Below are positions 38,332-50,180 of a stretch of DNA of 64,000 bases, one piece after another. The position numbers were made by a program, and so were the translations under genes. The stretch comes from Felis catus (Eukaryota), in contig NC_058368.1 of NCBI RefSeq assembly GCF_018350175.1, positions 188,482,001-188,546,000 on the forward strand, read 5' to 3'. Each line of letters opens with the position of its first letter. Position 1 is the stretch's first letter. The notes beneath the pieces were generated by a model. The model ran no database searches, was not told the DNA's origin, and worked only from the letters and a program-made list of their open reading frames with translations.

Positions 38332-39602
38332 CTAAAATATGAAGAATGATAACATGATACAAATGAAAAGCTTGGACTTCATTTAAAATTTTTTTCTTCT
38401 CTATAAGTAAGTTTTCTAAGCAAGATTAAAAGTTCAAATGCATCACAAATAAGAATTCCTAACATATTTATGGTAATTTTAAGTATTCTTAAAAATAAAC
38501 TTATTTTTAGTGTGTCAACACAAAATAGAATTTTAACAACTCTTATCTAAAAGATACAGGTCACCAATGTTCAAAAGAATTTTGGATCTAGGTAATTCAT
38601 AAATTAAAACCTAAACTCCTTTTTAAAAACAGCCCTAAAACTATTTTCTTATCAATGCAAACTTAAATATAGGGTGCCTGGATCTCCAATCTATTTCCAC
38701 ATTCCCACTGCCATGCAATGCATTGGTATCTATGTCAATATAAGCAAATCAGTGTTATGTGCCAAAAGTTGATGCCAAAGTTGACTGCTAGGCCTGATGA
38801 AAATTAGCATTTTGCCAGGCTCAGGAAACTTAGTGCTTATTCAGTATGGGAGCTTTTAACAATGAGTTTGAGACAACTAAATTAATAAATTCTATCTACG
38901 TATCTGCTCATTGTGAGACACCAACCAGTTTCTCAAGATCACTGATATTAAAATTCAACCCTGTTTTATATGCCTTCTGGTCCCAAGTTACTAGACTAAA
39001 CTACATTTTAAACATTTTACCTAATTGTTTTTTAATTTTAAAAATTGTATTAAGTAAAATGCTTAAAAATGAAACAAGTTTAATTATTTAAAGTGTGTAT
39101 ATGTGTATGTATGTATTTTTTAAAGGCAAAAGAGGTACCTGAGCTCTCAAAATAAAAATCTTTGCACACATATACAAAAACAGAATCACCTTATACACAA
39201 AACTGGTCAGTTGAACTAGAATTTGAGAGACTGATGTATCTACAATGACAACGATCACAAAATAGGGAAAAACAATTTTTTTTTAATTCAGTATCTATTT
39301 TGGGTCTATGATACCCAAATGAAAACAAAAATATTCATAGCTAATAAAAAGGGTTTCCAATTAAGTAATTACTATACGACAGACATACTGACACTTTTAT
39401 TCTTGCAACTACCCTGTAATATAGGTTTACTTATCTTCATTTCTCAGACAAGAAACTTAAGGCTCAGAGAGATTAACTGACCTCCCCAGTGTCACAAAGT
39501 AAGGACCAAGTCAGAATTAAAACTCTATTTAGCTCTAAAGTAAAGTGCCTTTTTCAACATACGGCCACAAAAATATCATAATTTATAAAAATAACTTATT
39601 TT

Positions 39603-39821
39603 ATTTTTTATTTATTTATTTATTTTTATTTATTTTTGAGACAGAGAGAGACAGAGCATGAACAGGGGAGGGTCAGAGAGAGGGAGACACAGAATCTGAA
39701 ACAGGCTCCAGGCTCTGAGCTGTCAGCACACAGCCCGACGCGGGGCTTGAATTCACGGACCGCGAGATCATGACCTGAGCCGAAGTCGGCCGCTTAACCG
39801 ACTGAACCACCCAGGCGCCCC
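39603..39821 (-). mobile_element. Can-SINE (young, CpG-intact)
   Basis: TSD AAAAATAACTTATTTT at 39587-39602 and 39822-39837. Confidence 0.93.
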
Positions 39822-40878
39822 AAAAATAACTTATTTTAAACCTATGACAGTAAAAAGTTCTCTAGATTTCTAAGTCTAGTTTAATAACATTTAGAGGAAA
39901 ACCTTTTTTTCTCAAATGTCATCTTAGGTGTCAGTTGAACAAAAATATGTTCCCAGGAAGCTCTCTTCTCTGTACGTTATAAGCCAAGAAATTATGTATT
40001 TAACTATGTATTTAACCTTAATGGCTATGAACTCATATTAATACTGAACAGAAATTAATAATTTCCTCTGATTAAAAGGAAAAGTACAAAGGAAATTTAA
40101 AGATTGAAGCAACAACTATGTGGTCACTCATCAAAAACCCAGTACAATTAAATGCAGCATCTTTAACTGATGAGATGTTATTTAATTCATAATCAGGATA
40201 GCTCATTTCTGCCTATGACTTGCCAAGAGGCAACGTTAAATGTTTGAGAGGTAAGATATAAATCAACACACTGCTTCCCTTAGCAATAAAGTCTTACCAG
40301 AAAAAAATGTCCATTGAACTAAACAGTGTGCTCAGTATGTAATAAATTTACTTTTTGGAGCAAACTGATCTTATTACGGACCTGTAAATTCCTGGAATGG
40401 GCCACCAACCACAATTTAAGCAATACTGCTTTAGTCCATCTATTAATTTCCCTAGTAAATTCACATTCCTTTACTTCTGAAGAACATCACTGTGATTTTT
40501 CTACACACATCTTTCTCCAACTGTTTTGAAACTACAGTGATAAAGGAGAAAGCAACAATATCTGGAGTCTTCAGAGATTCTACAGTAAAGATCAGAAAGA
40601 AAAGTTCTCATCAAGGTGAGGTCTTACGGAAATAAGATCATTTTTGTTCTGACAGCATCATCTACTCTCTTTCTACATTTAACTATTTCAATGGTAATGG
40701 TAAATGTAAGTTTAAATTGTGTTGCAAGAAAGTTAAATATGCTTCATTAGAAATTTGATAAAGCAAATGAAAAACGTATCATATTTAACCTGAGGTCATG
40801 TTAAGTCACTTTATAAAGCAGAACAACTTACAGAACAACATTACTTCTATAGAAATCTAAACAAAAAATATAGCTTAC

Positions 40879-40977
40879 ACCAAATAACAATGTCATAATC
40901 CTCATATGCAGATGTGAGGAATTCGTGAAGATATGGCCGCATTAATTCTACTCCAGTCTCTGCACAAGACCTATGGT
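40879..40977 (-). CDS. UBLCP1: UBLCP1 exon 6: (D)[32 protein letters not shown]
   Basis: Acceptor ttttttAG, donor GTAAGC, 99 nt. Confidence 0.96.
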
Positions 40978-41868
40978 CTAAAAAAAAAATCAGTCACAGA
41001 TGATTATTAGTTTGTTATCATAGATAAGTACATGATATCAACGAAACTTATAAAATGTAATATAAACATTCAGATGCAAATTACATAAGACTGAATTACA
41101 TTGGCTGATAAACAGGTCTTTCAAAGCACACAATTTAAAATCCTTGCAATCTAATTTTAATTAATCGACTTTAATTTGTGAAGAGCAATACCCAGAATTC
41201 AGGCTTATACAGTAAACTGTAAATTTATTTTTCACATAGCCTCTAAAATACAGATGTTATTTTGTGACATGGAAAGCAAACTAGAGCCACCTATACTCAC
41301 TTTTAGCCATTCACCTTCCAGAGAGAATCACATTTCTCCAAAATGACAGGCCCAATTAACTTAATTATCAAATTTTAAAATAAGTATACATTAACCTATG
41401 ACCTGTACTTAAAGTTTAGGATGAGAGCTAAATAAATTCATGCTTGTATCAGGAGTTAACTAATCACTTCTTAGCAATATTTTTAGATGAAATAAACATC
41501 TTCTTTCTCTTTTTTTGACATGAGAAATTTTAAATTCGAGAATCTGCCCTGAACATAATTAAATGAAAAACCAGGGATAAAATATCAAAAATAAGTTTTA
41601 AATAATCCTCATAAAAATTTAAATGTTAATCAACAAGGAATATCTTGGTTAAATTATGATGCATCCATTAACTACAGTACTGTGTGACTAAAAACTATAT
41701 ACATTTAATTCACAATGAGTATATTGAATGACTGCAACATTCAATATACCATCAAGTAAAAGTAAAAAGGATATACATACAAACACACCCTGGAAGATAC
41801 ACACCAAATATAAGAATAGTTATCTTTGGGTTCTGGGGTTACAGGTAACTTCTAAATTTTCTATAATG

Positions 41869-42086
41869 GGGGCGCCTGGGTGGCGCAGTCGGTTAAGCGT
41901 CCAACTTCAGCCAGGTCACGATCTCGCGGTCCATGAGTTCGAGTCCCGCGTCAGGCTCTGGGCTGATGGCTCGGAGCCTGGAGCCTGTTTCCAATTCTGT
42001 GTCTCCCTCTCTCTCTGCCCCTCCCCCGTTCATGCTCTGTCTCTCTCTGTCCCAAAAATAAATAAAAAACGTTGAAAAAAAAAATT
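41869..42086 (+). mobile_element. Can-SINE (young)
   Basis: Perfect TSD TAAATTTTCTATAATG at 41853-41868 and 42087-42102. Confidence 0.95.
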
Positions 42087-42229
42087 TAAATTTTCTATAA
42101 TGAATGATTTACTTTTTATAATAAGAAAAGCTTTCAAATATTTCATACTGGAAGAAAAAAAGTAAACAAAAGGAAAAAAAAGAGTTGTTATGGGTAACAG
42201 AAGATGAAGCACAATTTCAGCTGACTTAC

Positions 42230-42345
42230 CAAATAACGTATAATCAACATCTAGTACCAAAAGCTTTTTCCCTTCCCTGGGAGGATTCAAAATCTCCACT
42301 TTGTACTCCTTCACTCTGCGGGAAATTTTCAATAGGTTTTCTTCC
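42230..42345 (-). CDS. UBLCP1: UBLCP1 exon 5: [38 protein letters not shown] (catalytic DxDxT)
   Basis: Acceptor ctactAG, donor GTAAGT, 116 nt; overlaps ORF 42030..42332. Confidence 0.97.
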
Positions 42346-42433
42346 CTAGTAGAAAAATAAAATCAGATGAAACATTCACCTTTTTTTTTTTTCACATTAT
42401 AACCCATTTCCTTTGATAGTGAAAAGCACTTAC

Positions 42434-42519
42434 CTATTTTCTACTTCAACTACTTCATCTTCAATATCAAAGTCGTTGACAACATCATCATTGTCTGGAG
42501 GTGGACCTAAGACATCTTC
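42434..42519 (-). CDS. UBLCP1: UBLCP1 exon 4: EDVLGPPPDNDDVVNDFDIEDEVVEVEN(R)
   Basis: Acceptor aatAG, donor GTAAGT, 86 nt; followed by an 88-nt intron. Confidence 0.96.
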
Positions 42520-42921
42520 CTATTAAGATGAAAAAATGGTTTTGTTTTACCAGATTATCTTTAACATAACAAATGCATGCATAGCATAAAAAGCAAATAA
42601 AAGATACAATCTGAGTTCAAGAATCTTTCAAAGATAGACTGTGAGAAAATTTCCACATTTTATACTTCATTATATATGTTCACTGGACAGATTTAACCAT
42701 GTTAAATTTGACCATTTGCACTACACTTACAGCTAAGTATATACTAACAAGTTCCCTAATATTTGTTTTCTGCTGAGTTAATACCACATACATTGGGAAG
42801 CTTTAATTTTTCACTGACTGTTAAACTGACAATTTTACCACAATTAAAATTATGATATAACAGTGTAATATAAATCATAATATCTTCAAAGGGACAAATG
42901 GTAACAAAAGTAAACATTTAC

Positions 42922-43013
42922 CAAGCTCTCCTCACGAGTTCCCATCATCATGATTTTAGTATTTGGTTTCAGTTTGAGAGCTCCAAGCTTAACATCATTT
43001 TCTGCAGGTTTGC
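42922..43013 (-). CDS. UBLCP1: UBLCP1 exon 3: (G)[30 protein letters not shown]
   Basis: Acceptor tgtAG, donor GTAAAT, 92 nt. Confidence 0.96.
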
Positions 43014-43789
43014 CTACAATACAAGCAAATGACTGTTTTCTCACTAAAGTTCAGGTGCTGGTTTCACTATCCCATTATATAAAACCCTAGCATTAAAAGG
43101 TTTGGTACAGATTCCACAGCAGTTTCTTTTTTCTTAAATTAACAAACTGTCACTGCTGAATTAGCAATGTCTAACACACTAAGAAGTAACAACTAACACA
43201 AGATTTTTTTTCCCCAACTCCATCTAAGAGGAACACTTTTATCCAGCTAGCTAAATGAAAAAAATTCATGTTATATTTTGCCATTCAAAATGAAGATGTT
43301 TTCCAAAAGGTCTTGAACATTGAGCACCTAAGATAAAACTAAAGATTTACTGCTACCCAAAATTCACCTTTCCATGATATGATAAACACAAACACTGTCA
43401 AGCTGTATATGAACACTGCCTATAATTTTTAAATCATCATTATTTTTGAAGCAGCAAAGATAATTTAGGGAGAGTAGAAGAACCAAACTGTAATGAAAAA
43501 GCTGTGCTAGAACAAAGATGTCAGAAATCACGCTGTTTTACCTGAGGCTTCTGTGCCAAAGGTTTAACAAGCAAACACCAACTGTCAGAAGAATCAAAAG
43601 TAATCTTAATAGTGATGGTATTTTCAAGTAACTTTTAAAATTCACACTTTTACTATAAAACAATTTTAGGAATATCCTTATCAAAGAAATCTCCAAGGGG
43701 AAAGACTTACTAAAGAGAAAAGATAATAGCTAATATAAAAAAATCAGAAACATATGAATGCAAGAAGTTTAAAGCGAAGAGAGAATTAC

Positions 43790-43943
43790 CTTTAACTTTG
43801 AGTCCAAGTAACTTCTGGCGTTCTGGTAGCACTCCTGTAAGGGTCTTAAGAAATTGCTTGAGATCTAGCACAGTATCATCTTCTGAAAGTGTGGTCACTG
43901 AATATTCCTGTCCACCCCATTTTACAATGATAGGGAGAGCCAT
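43790..43943 (-). CDS. UBLCP1: UBLCP1 exon 2 coding part (UBL domain start); the exon begins at 43987
   Basis: aggATGG is a strong Kozak context. Translation [51 protein letters not shown]. Donor GTAATT; acceptor tttttAG at 43989-43988. Confidence 0.97.
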
Positions 43944-44349
43944 CCTTGAAACATATGATCAAGCAGCTTTTACTCAGAAAAAGATTCCTAAAAAGAGAGA
44001 GATATACAAGTAAATAAGTTAAAATAGATACATCAAAGATGTAGCCAAACTTGTAACTAAATTTTAGGAGCAATGTAGTTTGAGTCTTTCTTTACAACAT
44101 GATGGTGGAGAAACAAGATTTTCTCCTTACAGAAATGCTACCAGAACACCAAAAGTTATTAGGATTCAAAGTTAAAATTCCCCTACCCTCCCAATTTTTG
44201 GCTTAAGTTACTACTTCATAACACTCAGATTCTGCCTGTCCAACCGTTAAACTGCAATGATAAGCTACCTATACCTTCCTCTTTGACCAAGTTTATGCTA
44301 CAGGCAAGTTTCTCCATGATGGACCATTCATATTTATTTAACACTTGAG

Positions 44350-44570
44350 AAGTGGTACAGAGAGTTGTTAAAAGGGCAAACTCTAGAGTACCTGGGTTCA
44401 GATCCCAGCTTTCCCACTTACTAGCTATTTGACTTTGGGAAGTTACCAGACTCTTAGTGTCTAGATAATACTACCTACTGTGGGGTTCTTATGAGGGTTA
44501 AATTAGCTAATATTTATAAGTCACATAGACCTGGCACATAGTAAGCACTACACAAATTAAGCACTGGCTA
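44350..44570 (+). mobile_element. MIR relic
   Basis: cctgggttcagatcccagctttcccacttactagctatttgactttgggaagttacc...cctggcacatagtaagcact. Confidence 0.65.
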
Positions 44571-45523
44571 AATAAATTTTCTTAAAAACTGGAACTGAAG
44601 TATTCCAGGCACTGTGCTAAATAGCAAACAGCCATTATTTGTTTCATATTTAGTAAGTTGTACAGTTTTCATGCAATGTCATTTAACAAGGTTGATAAGA
44701 ATTGTCCCTCTTTTACAATTAAGGAAATGAGAGTTCGGAGAGTAATCTTCGGAGAAGATACTTCGGAGAAGTATGTAATCTTTTCATGGGCACATAGGTG
44801 GGAACACAACAGGTCTTCTGACTAAATTTCATGTTTCTTCTCCTACATCACAACTGTGTCTCTTGAAAGATCAGTAAATACAAAACCCACAGACACAGAT
44901 ATAAACACACAAAATTATACAGCAGCTACTATTCTTATCAACCATTAACATGTAGGTCTCTTCCCTCTAAAAGCTTTCTACCAGTTTTCCTAGGTGCATC
45001 TCCCTCACAGGTCAGAGAATGGAATTTCGTAATTTCAAAGGTACTGGTCTTTACAAATACTATCACTTATTTAATGAAATATTTGCTTGCATTCTTCCTG
45101 AATTATGACCAACAGCAAGGCAGCAAACTGAATCATGTGAAAATAATTTAGAAACTTAAACTGTCTTCACCATGTCCACTAGAAGATAGCACCATAAATT
45201 CACTTAATACTTACTCTCTTATGTTTACAACCTACACTACTGAAATTTAAATAAAGTGTGTTAATTTAGGGCAATGTAATCCATTTTAGAGATAACTTGC
45301 TAGCAAATGTTATGATCGTCAATAAAGCGCCAAACAGACCTCTTGAACCAAACTGAAATATGGTTTAAATACTATTTTTCTGTGAAGGTGGGAATAAAGA
45401 TGAAAATTCACAAGAGCTAGGAATGCAACCAGTACTAACAGTTTATGTTGTGTTGAGGGGAGCATAGAGTTTGGAGTGAGGTCACCTGAGCTCCAGATGA
45501 GTTTAGACAAGTCACCTCTAGAC

Positions 45524-45702
45524 CAGCATTCTCAAAGTGTGGTCTCAGACCAATGACAGCATGACCCTACTTGGTAACTTGTTAAAAACACAATTGGGGC
45601 TGGAGAGAAAGGACCTAGCAATTTGTGTTTTAACAGTCCCTGTCCCAGCCTCCCCCAACCCCACCATTTCTGAGGCACACTAAAAGTTTGAGAGCCAATA
45701 CT
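45524..45702. mobile_element. MER5A-like hAT-Charlie relic
   Basis: cagcattctcaaagtgtggtc...ctagcaatttgtgttttaac...gcacactaaaagtttgagagcca; the ends are inverted-repeat-like. Confidence 0.65.
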
Positions 45703-46007
45703 CTATAGACTCCTCAATTTTCTTGGCTAAGAAAGAAAATACGCTGAATGGCATGGGCTCTTATGCTTAATAAAGTAGTATACAAATGTTATACATCACC
45801 TATACTAGTGGGAATTCCAAGTTAGCAAGTGCTCTAAAGGACCAAGCATAACAAAACAAATACCATTAATATTTTTAAATTCATAGCCCTAAAACTACTT
45901 TTCAACTTCATTTCTTCAATAGTGAGATCATTCACAATGGAACAACACAATGCAAACGCATGAGTCATTTTGTTTTCACATTTAACCTTTCTCACACAAT
46001 TCTAATA

Positions 46008-46257
46008 CAGGAAAACCTTGGATTCTGAGTAACTTGTTGTGCGTGTCTCCACGATGTGCAAACTTTCCTAATAAACTTTAACTTGATAAACGAATGATGT
46101 CCTGCAATAGTAGTATGTGACGCTACATGATCACATTTAAATGATCCCATGATCACAACTAAGCCAATGGTTCTTGAAATTTGCTTTGATATACGAGTAC
46201 TTTAGATTACAAGCATGTTTCCAGAACGAATTATGCTCCCAAACCAAGGTTTTACTG
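46008..46257. mobile_element. Tc1/mariner (Tigger-type) MITE, 250 bp
   Basis: Terminal inverted repeats CAGGAAAACCTTGGATT and (rc) CAGTAAAACCTTGGTTT, each flanked by TA (46006-46007 and 46258-46259). Confidence 0.8.
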
Positions 46258-47207
46258 TACTTTGTATCTTTCTAGGCCCTATCAGATTTATAAACTGAAA
46301 AAGGATTTGGGAGGGGGGGGTCAATTAAACCCAAACAAGTAAGTAAGGTTCACACCTTTAGGGTGAACCTATAGTCAGGAAGAGCTGTTTGGGTTAGCTC
46401 TTCTGCCTAACATACTGTACTGACTTGCCTAGTCAGTTCCAAAATTCCTGACCCCAAATGAGGTAATTAAGATCTACTTAGCAAGAACAGTGCTAAGGAT
46501 GAGATAACACCCTGACAGCACTTTGTAAACTGTAGAGAGGAAGACAAATGGTGGAGATAACAGAACAAGGCCAGCACGCTAAACAACTTAATTATATCAC
46601 TTAATCTTCACAATCCTGAACAACTATTGTCTTCATCATAGAGATTCAAAAACTGAAAAAGAAAACAACTTGTCCAAGACCACACAACTAACATGTGGCA
46701 AAGGTGGAATTTTGAAACTAACAGCAGCAGAAGCTAACACCTTGGGAATTGGGAGTAGGTTAACTTTTCAACAAGCCTACAGCACAGCAGCAGCAACTGC
46801 GTGGTAGTGCAGAGGCAGCAGCCCTGGGACAACATACAAGCATAGTCCATACTCAAAAACCCCGGAGGCCGGGATGCCTTCAATAGGAAGGAGGAGGAGA
46901 GATGGACAAACCCCGGAGGAGGGAGGAATTAAGTTTGGGGACGCAAAACCCACTGGGGGACGGGAAGCCCACGACATAGACAAGGCCGGATGGGAGGGCG
47001 GCGGCCCGTGCGACGAGCGGGCCGGGGCCGGAGGCCTGGGCCGCATACTGGGGCAGACGCGGCCCAGGGCGCCCACAAGCAGCCTCCAGCCCTCCAGGGC
47101 CGACCGCAGGGGAGGCCCGCCGCGCCAACAGCAGGGCTGAGCTTCGCCCCCTCGGCCCCAACGGCCTCTCAGTGGGCAACGCACCGAGGTGCCCCGCGTC
47201 CCCTCAC

Positions 47208-47300
47208 CTGGAGCGCGGCGGAACCGGCAGCAGTGGACGCAAGAACCGGCCGCGGCGGAACAGAGGGTGACCGGAAGTGAAGACGGACCGGAACCGGCTA
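47208..47300 (-). other. UBLCP1: UBLCP1 non-coding exon 1 (TSS approximate)
   Basis: Strong donor CAG|GTGAGG at 47208/47207 inside the CpG island. Confidence 0.75.
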
Positions 47301-47508
47301 ACGAACCGGAAGTTCAAGTTTGAAACGGAAACGCGCCGGAGACCAGACGGCAGCTTCTCGTGTTTGTCTTTGGTGAGGCTAATCCTGTATAGCTGCTATC
47401 AGGGATCTCCTCACCTGGCGACGGAGCCAGGCCTCTCCGAGACAGTTACCCCCTGTTCAGATACCTACGATCCTTGGATGGCTGCCCGCCCTCCCCCGTT
47501 CTGCGCAT

Positions 47509-47522
47509 GCGCCCTCTAGTGG
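47509..47522 (-). promoter_or_regulatory. Candidate CTCF site (reverse)
   Basis: Reverse complement CCACTAGAGGGCGC is a 14/14 match to CCASYAGRKGGCRS. Confidence 0.65.
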
Positions 47523-50012
47523 GCGCAGAGCTGGCGGGTGCTTCAGGGATTTGACGTCTTTGGTATTGTTTCGCCAAAGTCGGAGGTGGGTCAGTGGCTT
47601 CCCGGGGCGTGCTGAGACCTTCGTAGGACTCTGCCGTAGGACTCGTGTGGCTGTGTCATGTTCCGGATGAGGGCTAAAAGGTGACCTTTGATGACTGAAG
47701 ACTTTAGACTCCCTCCTTGGCATCAGGGGCTACCTGCACTAGTGATTTTAGGAGCCTAAACTTCTACCCATTTTATCCAGTGTAAGGGTAAATTGAGGAC
47801 CGTCAGGAATGGGAAGGGGCAAGCCTAAATCGCTCAGAAAACCAAGGCAGCGAATCTCAGTATGAGAGCTGCCATCGAGGTTACTCCAGTATAGAATTTT
47901 GCCTCCACCTGCCCATCCCCGCCCCCACTCCATTTTTCCCTCTGAATGCGAGGTAAGCCATTTACAAACCCTGACAAAAGAACTGTAGATTTTAATGGAA
48001 ATTCAGAGCAGTTCCAATCTGATTCATACAATGAACTCCCAACGTGCATCACTTGATGTCAGACAGGAGGAAACAAAAAAAGAAATTGCCACTAGATTGT
48101 TGTATATGGCGCCAAGCAAAACTTAAAATTTTGAAAAGGAAGGGAAAATGAGCATATTGGCCTCACATAAGCACCAGTCTTTGAATTATGTATTTTTTTT
48201 CCTTCTAATTGGCAGTGATGTAACTGATTCAGGTTTCCCTTTTGGCGGTGACCAAGAGAAGCAAAGAACCAAGTTTTGTGTCCTAACAATTTTTTAGTTA
48301 AGACAAACACTATTTTATGTTCTCCTTACCTCTCTCTTTCGGTAATTTTTATTGCACTAGTAATGCATGAAAAGTCTCTCATTTTTAAAAATGAAACATT
48401 TTCAATAAAAGGAAAAAACTATATACCCTCTTTCTTTAAAAAAAAAAAGGGGGGGGTGGGGAGAGAGAGAGGAAAGGAAAACCCAAAATTAAAATAATTT
48501 GTACAAGAACCACACATTAACAGTCCAGCCAAAGAGATGGTCAAAAACCAGGGATTGAACTCTAGAATGAATTACAGTTTTCTTTCAACCCAGTCTGTAC
48601 CTTGTTCATGTGCTAACCAGTTGCTTGGCCACTTTGTATTTTTTTGCTGTTATTAGAGAAGCTTGTTTTTGTTCATCATAAATGTCAACTAAAGCATTTT
48701 AAAGTTTAATTCTAAGCAACAGGAATCATAAAGAGATTCTTCTTTTTAATAGTAAAATAGCCATTAAATGAAAGGTCTGATAAGTTTGGTGTTCCCTGAG
48801 TGTGGATAATTTAATAATTCCTAATTGTTGAACAGTGGGTTTCTCAGAGAATAATGGTAGCAAACTATTTTGGACAGAGTCCATCTAACAGATGATTTGC
48901 CCATATGTCAGTTCTTCCAAGTCCATTTCTATTAAGGTAAACATTCATGAAATCAAAAATTATGTTAAGAATAAAGGAGCTGGATTCCTGGTAACTAGGA
49001 ATAAATACAAAATGGACTTTTAAAAAGTGCTCATAGCAACTCACAAGTGCCATTAGGAAGTGAATAATTAAACTTCTGCCTCTTGTTGCTCACTAGACCC
49101 TCTCTTCTAATGTACTTGTGCCTCACTCATAATTCATTGAAGCAGCTAGAGGCCTGGGAATTCCGAGAGTTTCAGTAGGTTGTTGGGTCTAAGATACCAA
49201 AGAAACATGGAACCAATTTCATAAAATCTGATGTTAAACTGCTGATATCACTGTGACCGTGTTTGGATTGTGAGGCTAAAGGACATTGCTGCACCCCAGC
49301 CAGACATCCACTACCACCTTGCTTTTACCTCCATGTTCCCCTGACCTGTTTACTTCCTTCCCCTTTCTCTCATGCCATTTTCTTTCTCTCCCCCCCAGTT
49401 GAAAAACACTTCCCTTCTTTCTTTCTTGTTTTCTTTCTTTTAAATTTTAGTTACTACAGCACTTTATTTCTCTCATCTAGAATCCGTTCCCTTGACCTTT
49501 CTCTGACTGCAGTCAGTGCTGAAAATGGTCAGAATCTGGCCCATATGGCAGACTCCACAGTATCTTAACTTGGCCTGGCAAGTTTACTTTCTCTATTTAG
49601 GTTGCTTTTCCAAATGGCAACTGGAAACCACAACTGTCTTTAAACCTCAGATCTTCCAGTTTACATCCTGTTCTTGGCAGATGACTTTCTCTTATATTTT
49701 TGATAAGAAAATAGAAGGTCTCAAAAAGGAACTGCTTCAACTTCAGCCCTCTGAATCTATAAACTAAATTATATCTGTACTTGTCTTTGCCTCTTTTGCT
49801 TCTATTTCAATGTGGTAGTTTCCTTCCACCTGAAGCCAACCCTTATACTTGTGCTCTGGCTCCTTCCTTCTCAGCTTTCTTTAATTCTGTTATCCTCTCT
49901 CACACCTATATTTTTAACCTTTCTCTCTACTGGTTCATTTCCATCAATGATAAACATGCTTTGATATCTGGCCATCAAGATACCTTTCCTTTCACAGCTG
50001 AGAATTTCAAAA

Positions 50013-50180
50013 AATTTTTCTTTAATGTTTATTTATTTTTGAGAGAGAGGCAGAGTGCAAGCAGGGGAGGGACAGAGAGAGACAGAATCAGAAGGAGGCT
50101 CCAGGCTCTGAGCTGTCCCACAAACCGTGAGCTCTGAGCCAAAGTCGGAAGCTTAACCAACTGAGCCACCCAGGCAGCCC
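50013..50180 (-). mobile_element. Can-SINE (internally deleted)
   Basis: Flanks gctgagaatttcaaa / gctgagtatttcaaa; reverse head ctgagccacccaggcagccc. Confidence 0.85.

Larger units (their letters stand above)
25860..47300 (-). other. UBLCP1: UBLCP1 gene (ubiquitin-like domain-containing CTD phosphatase 1), 11 exons; ends approximate
   Basis: Ten coding exons (154+92+86+116+99+38+99+117+128+28 = 957 nt) splice via GT-AG into an uninterrupted 318-aa ORF. It has an N-terminal UBL domain (K44) and an FCP/SCP HAD phosphatase domain with DVDYT (D143, D145), K230 and D252/D253. Confidence 0.97.
46860..47620. promoter_or_regulatory. CpG island / TATA-less promoter of UBLCP1
   Basis: High GC and CpG content. 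ETS/GABPA motifs CCGGAAGT at 47271-47278 and 47306-47313; NRF1-like TGCGCATGCGC at 47502-47512. Confidence 0.85.

Noticed and set aside
46346..46405. Two short hairpins (AGGTTCAC/GTGAACCT and GAAGAGCT/AGCTCTTC)
   Set aside because: 8-bp stems occur by chance in 64 kb; no supporting ncRNA features.
46777..47723. Cluster of Arg/Gly/Pro-rich ORFs on both strands
   Set aside because: Expected by chance in a stop-poor CpG island; no recognisable homology.
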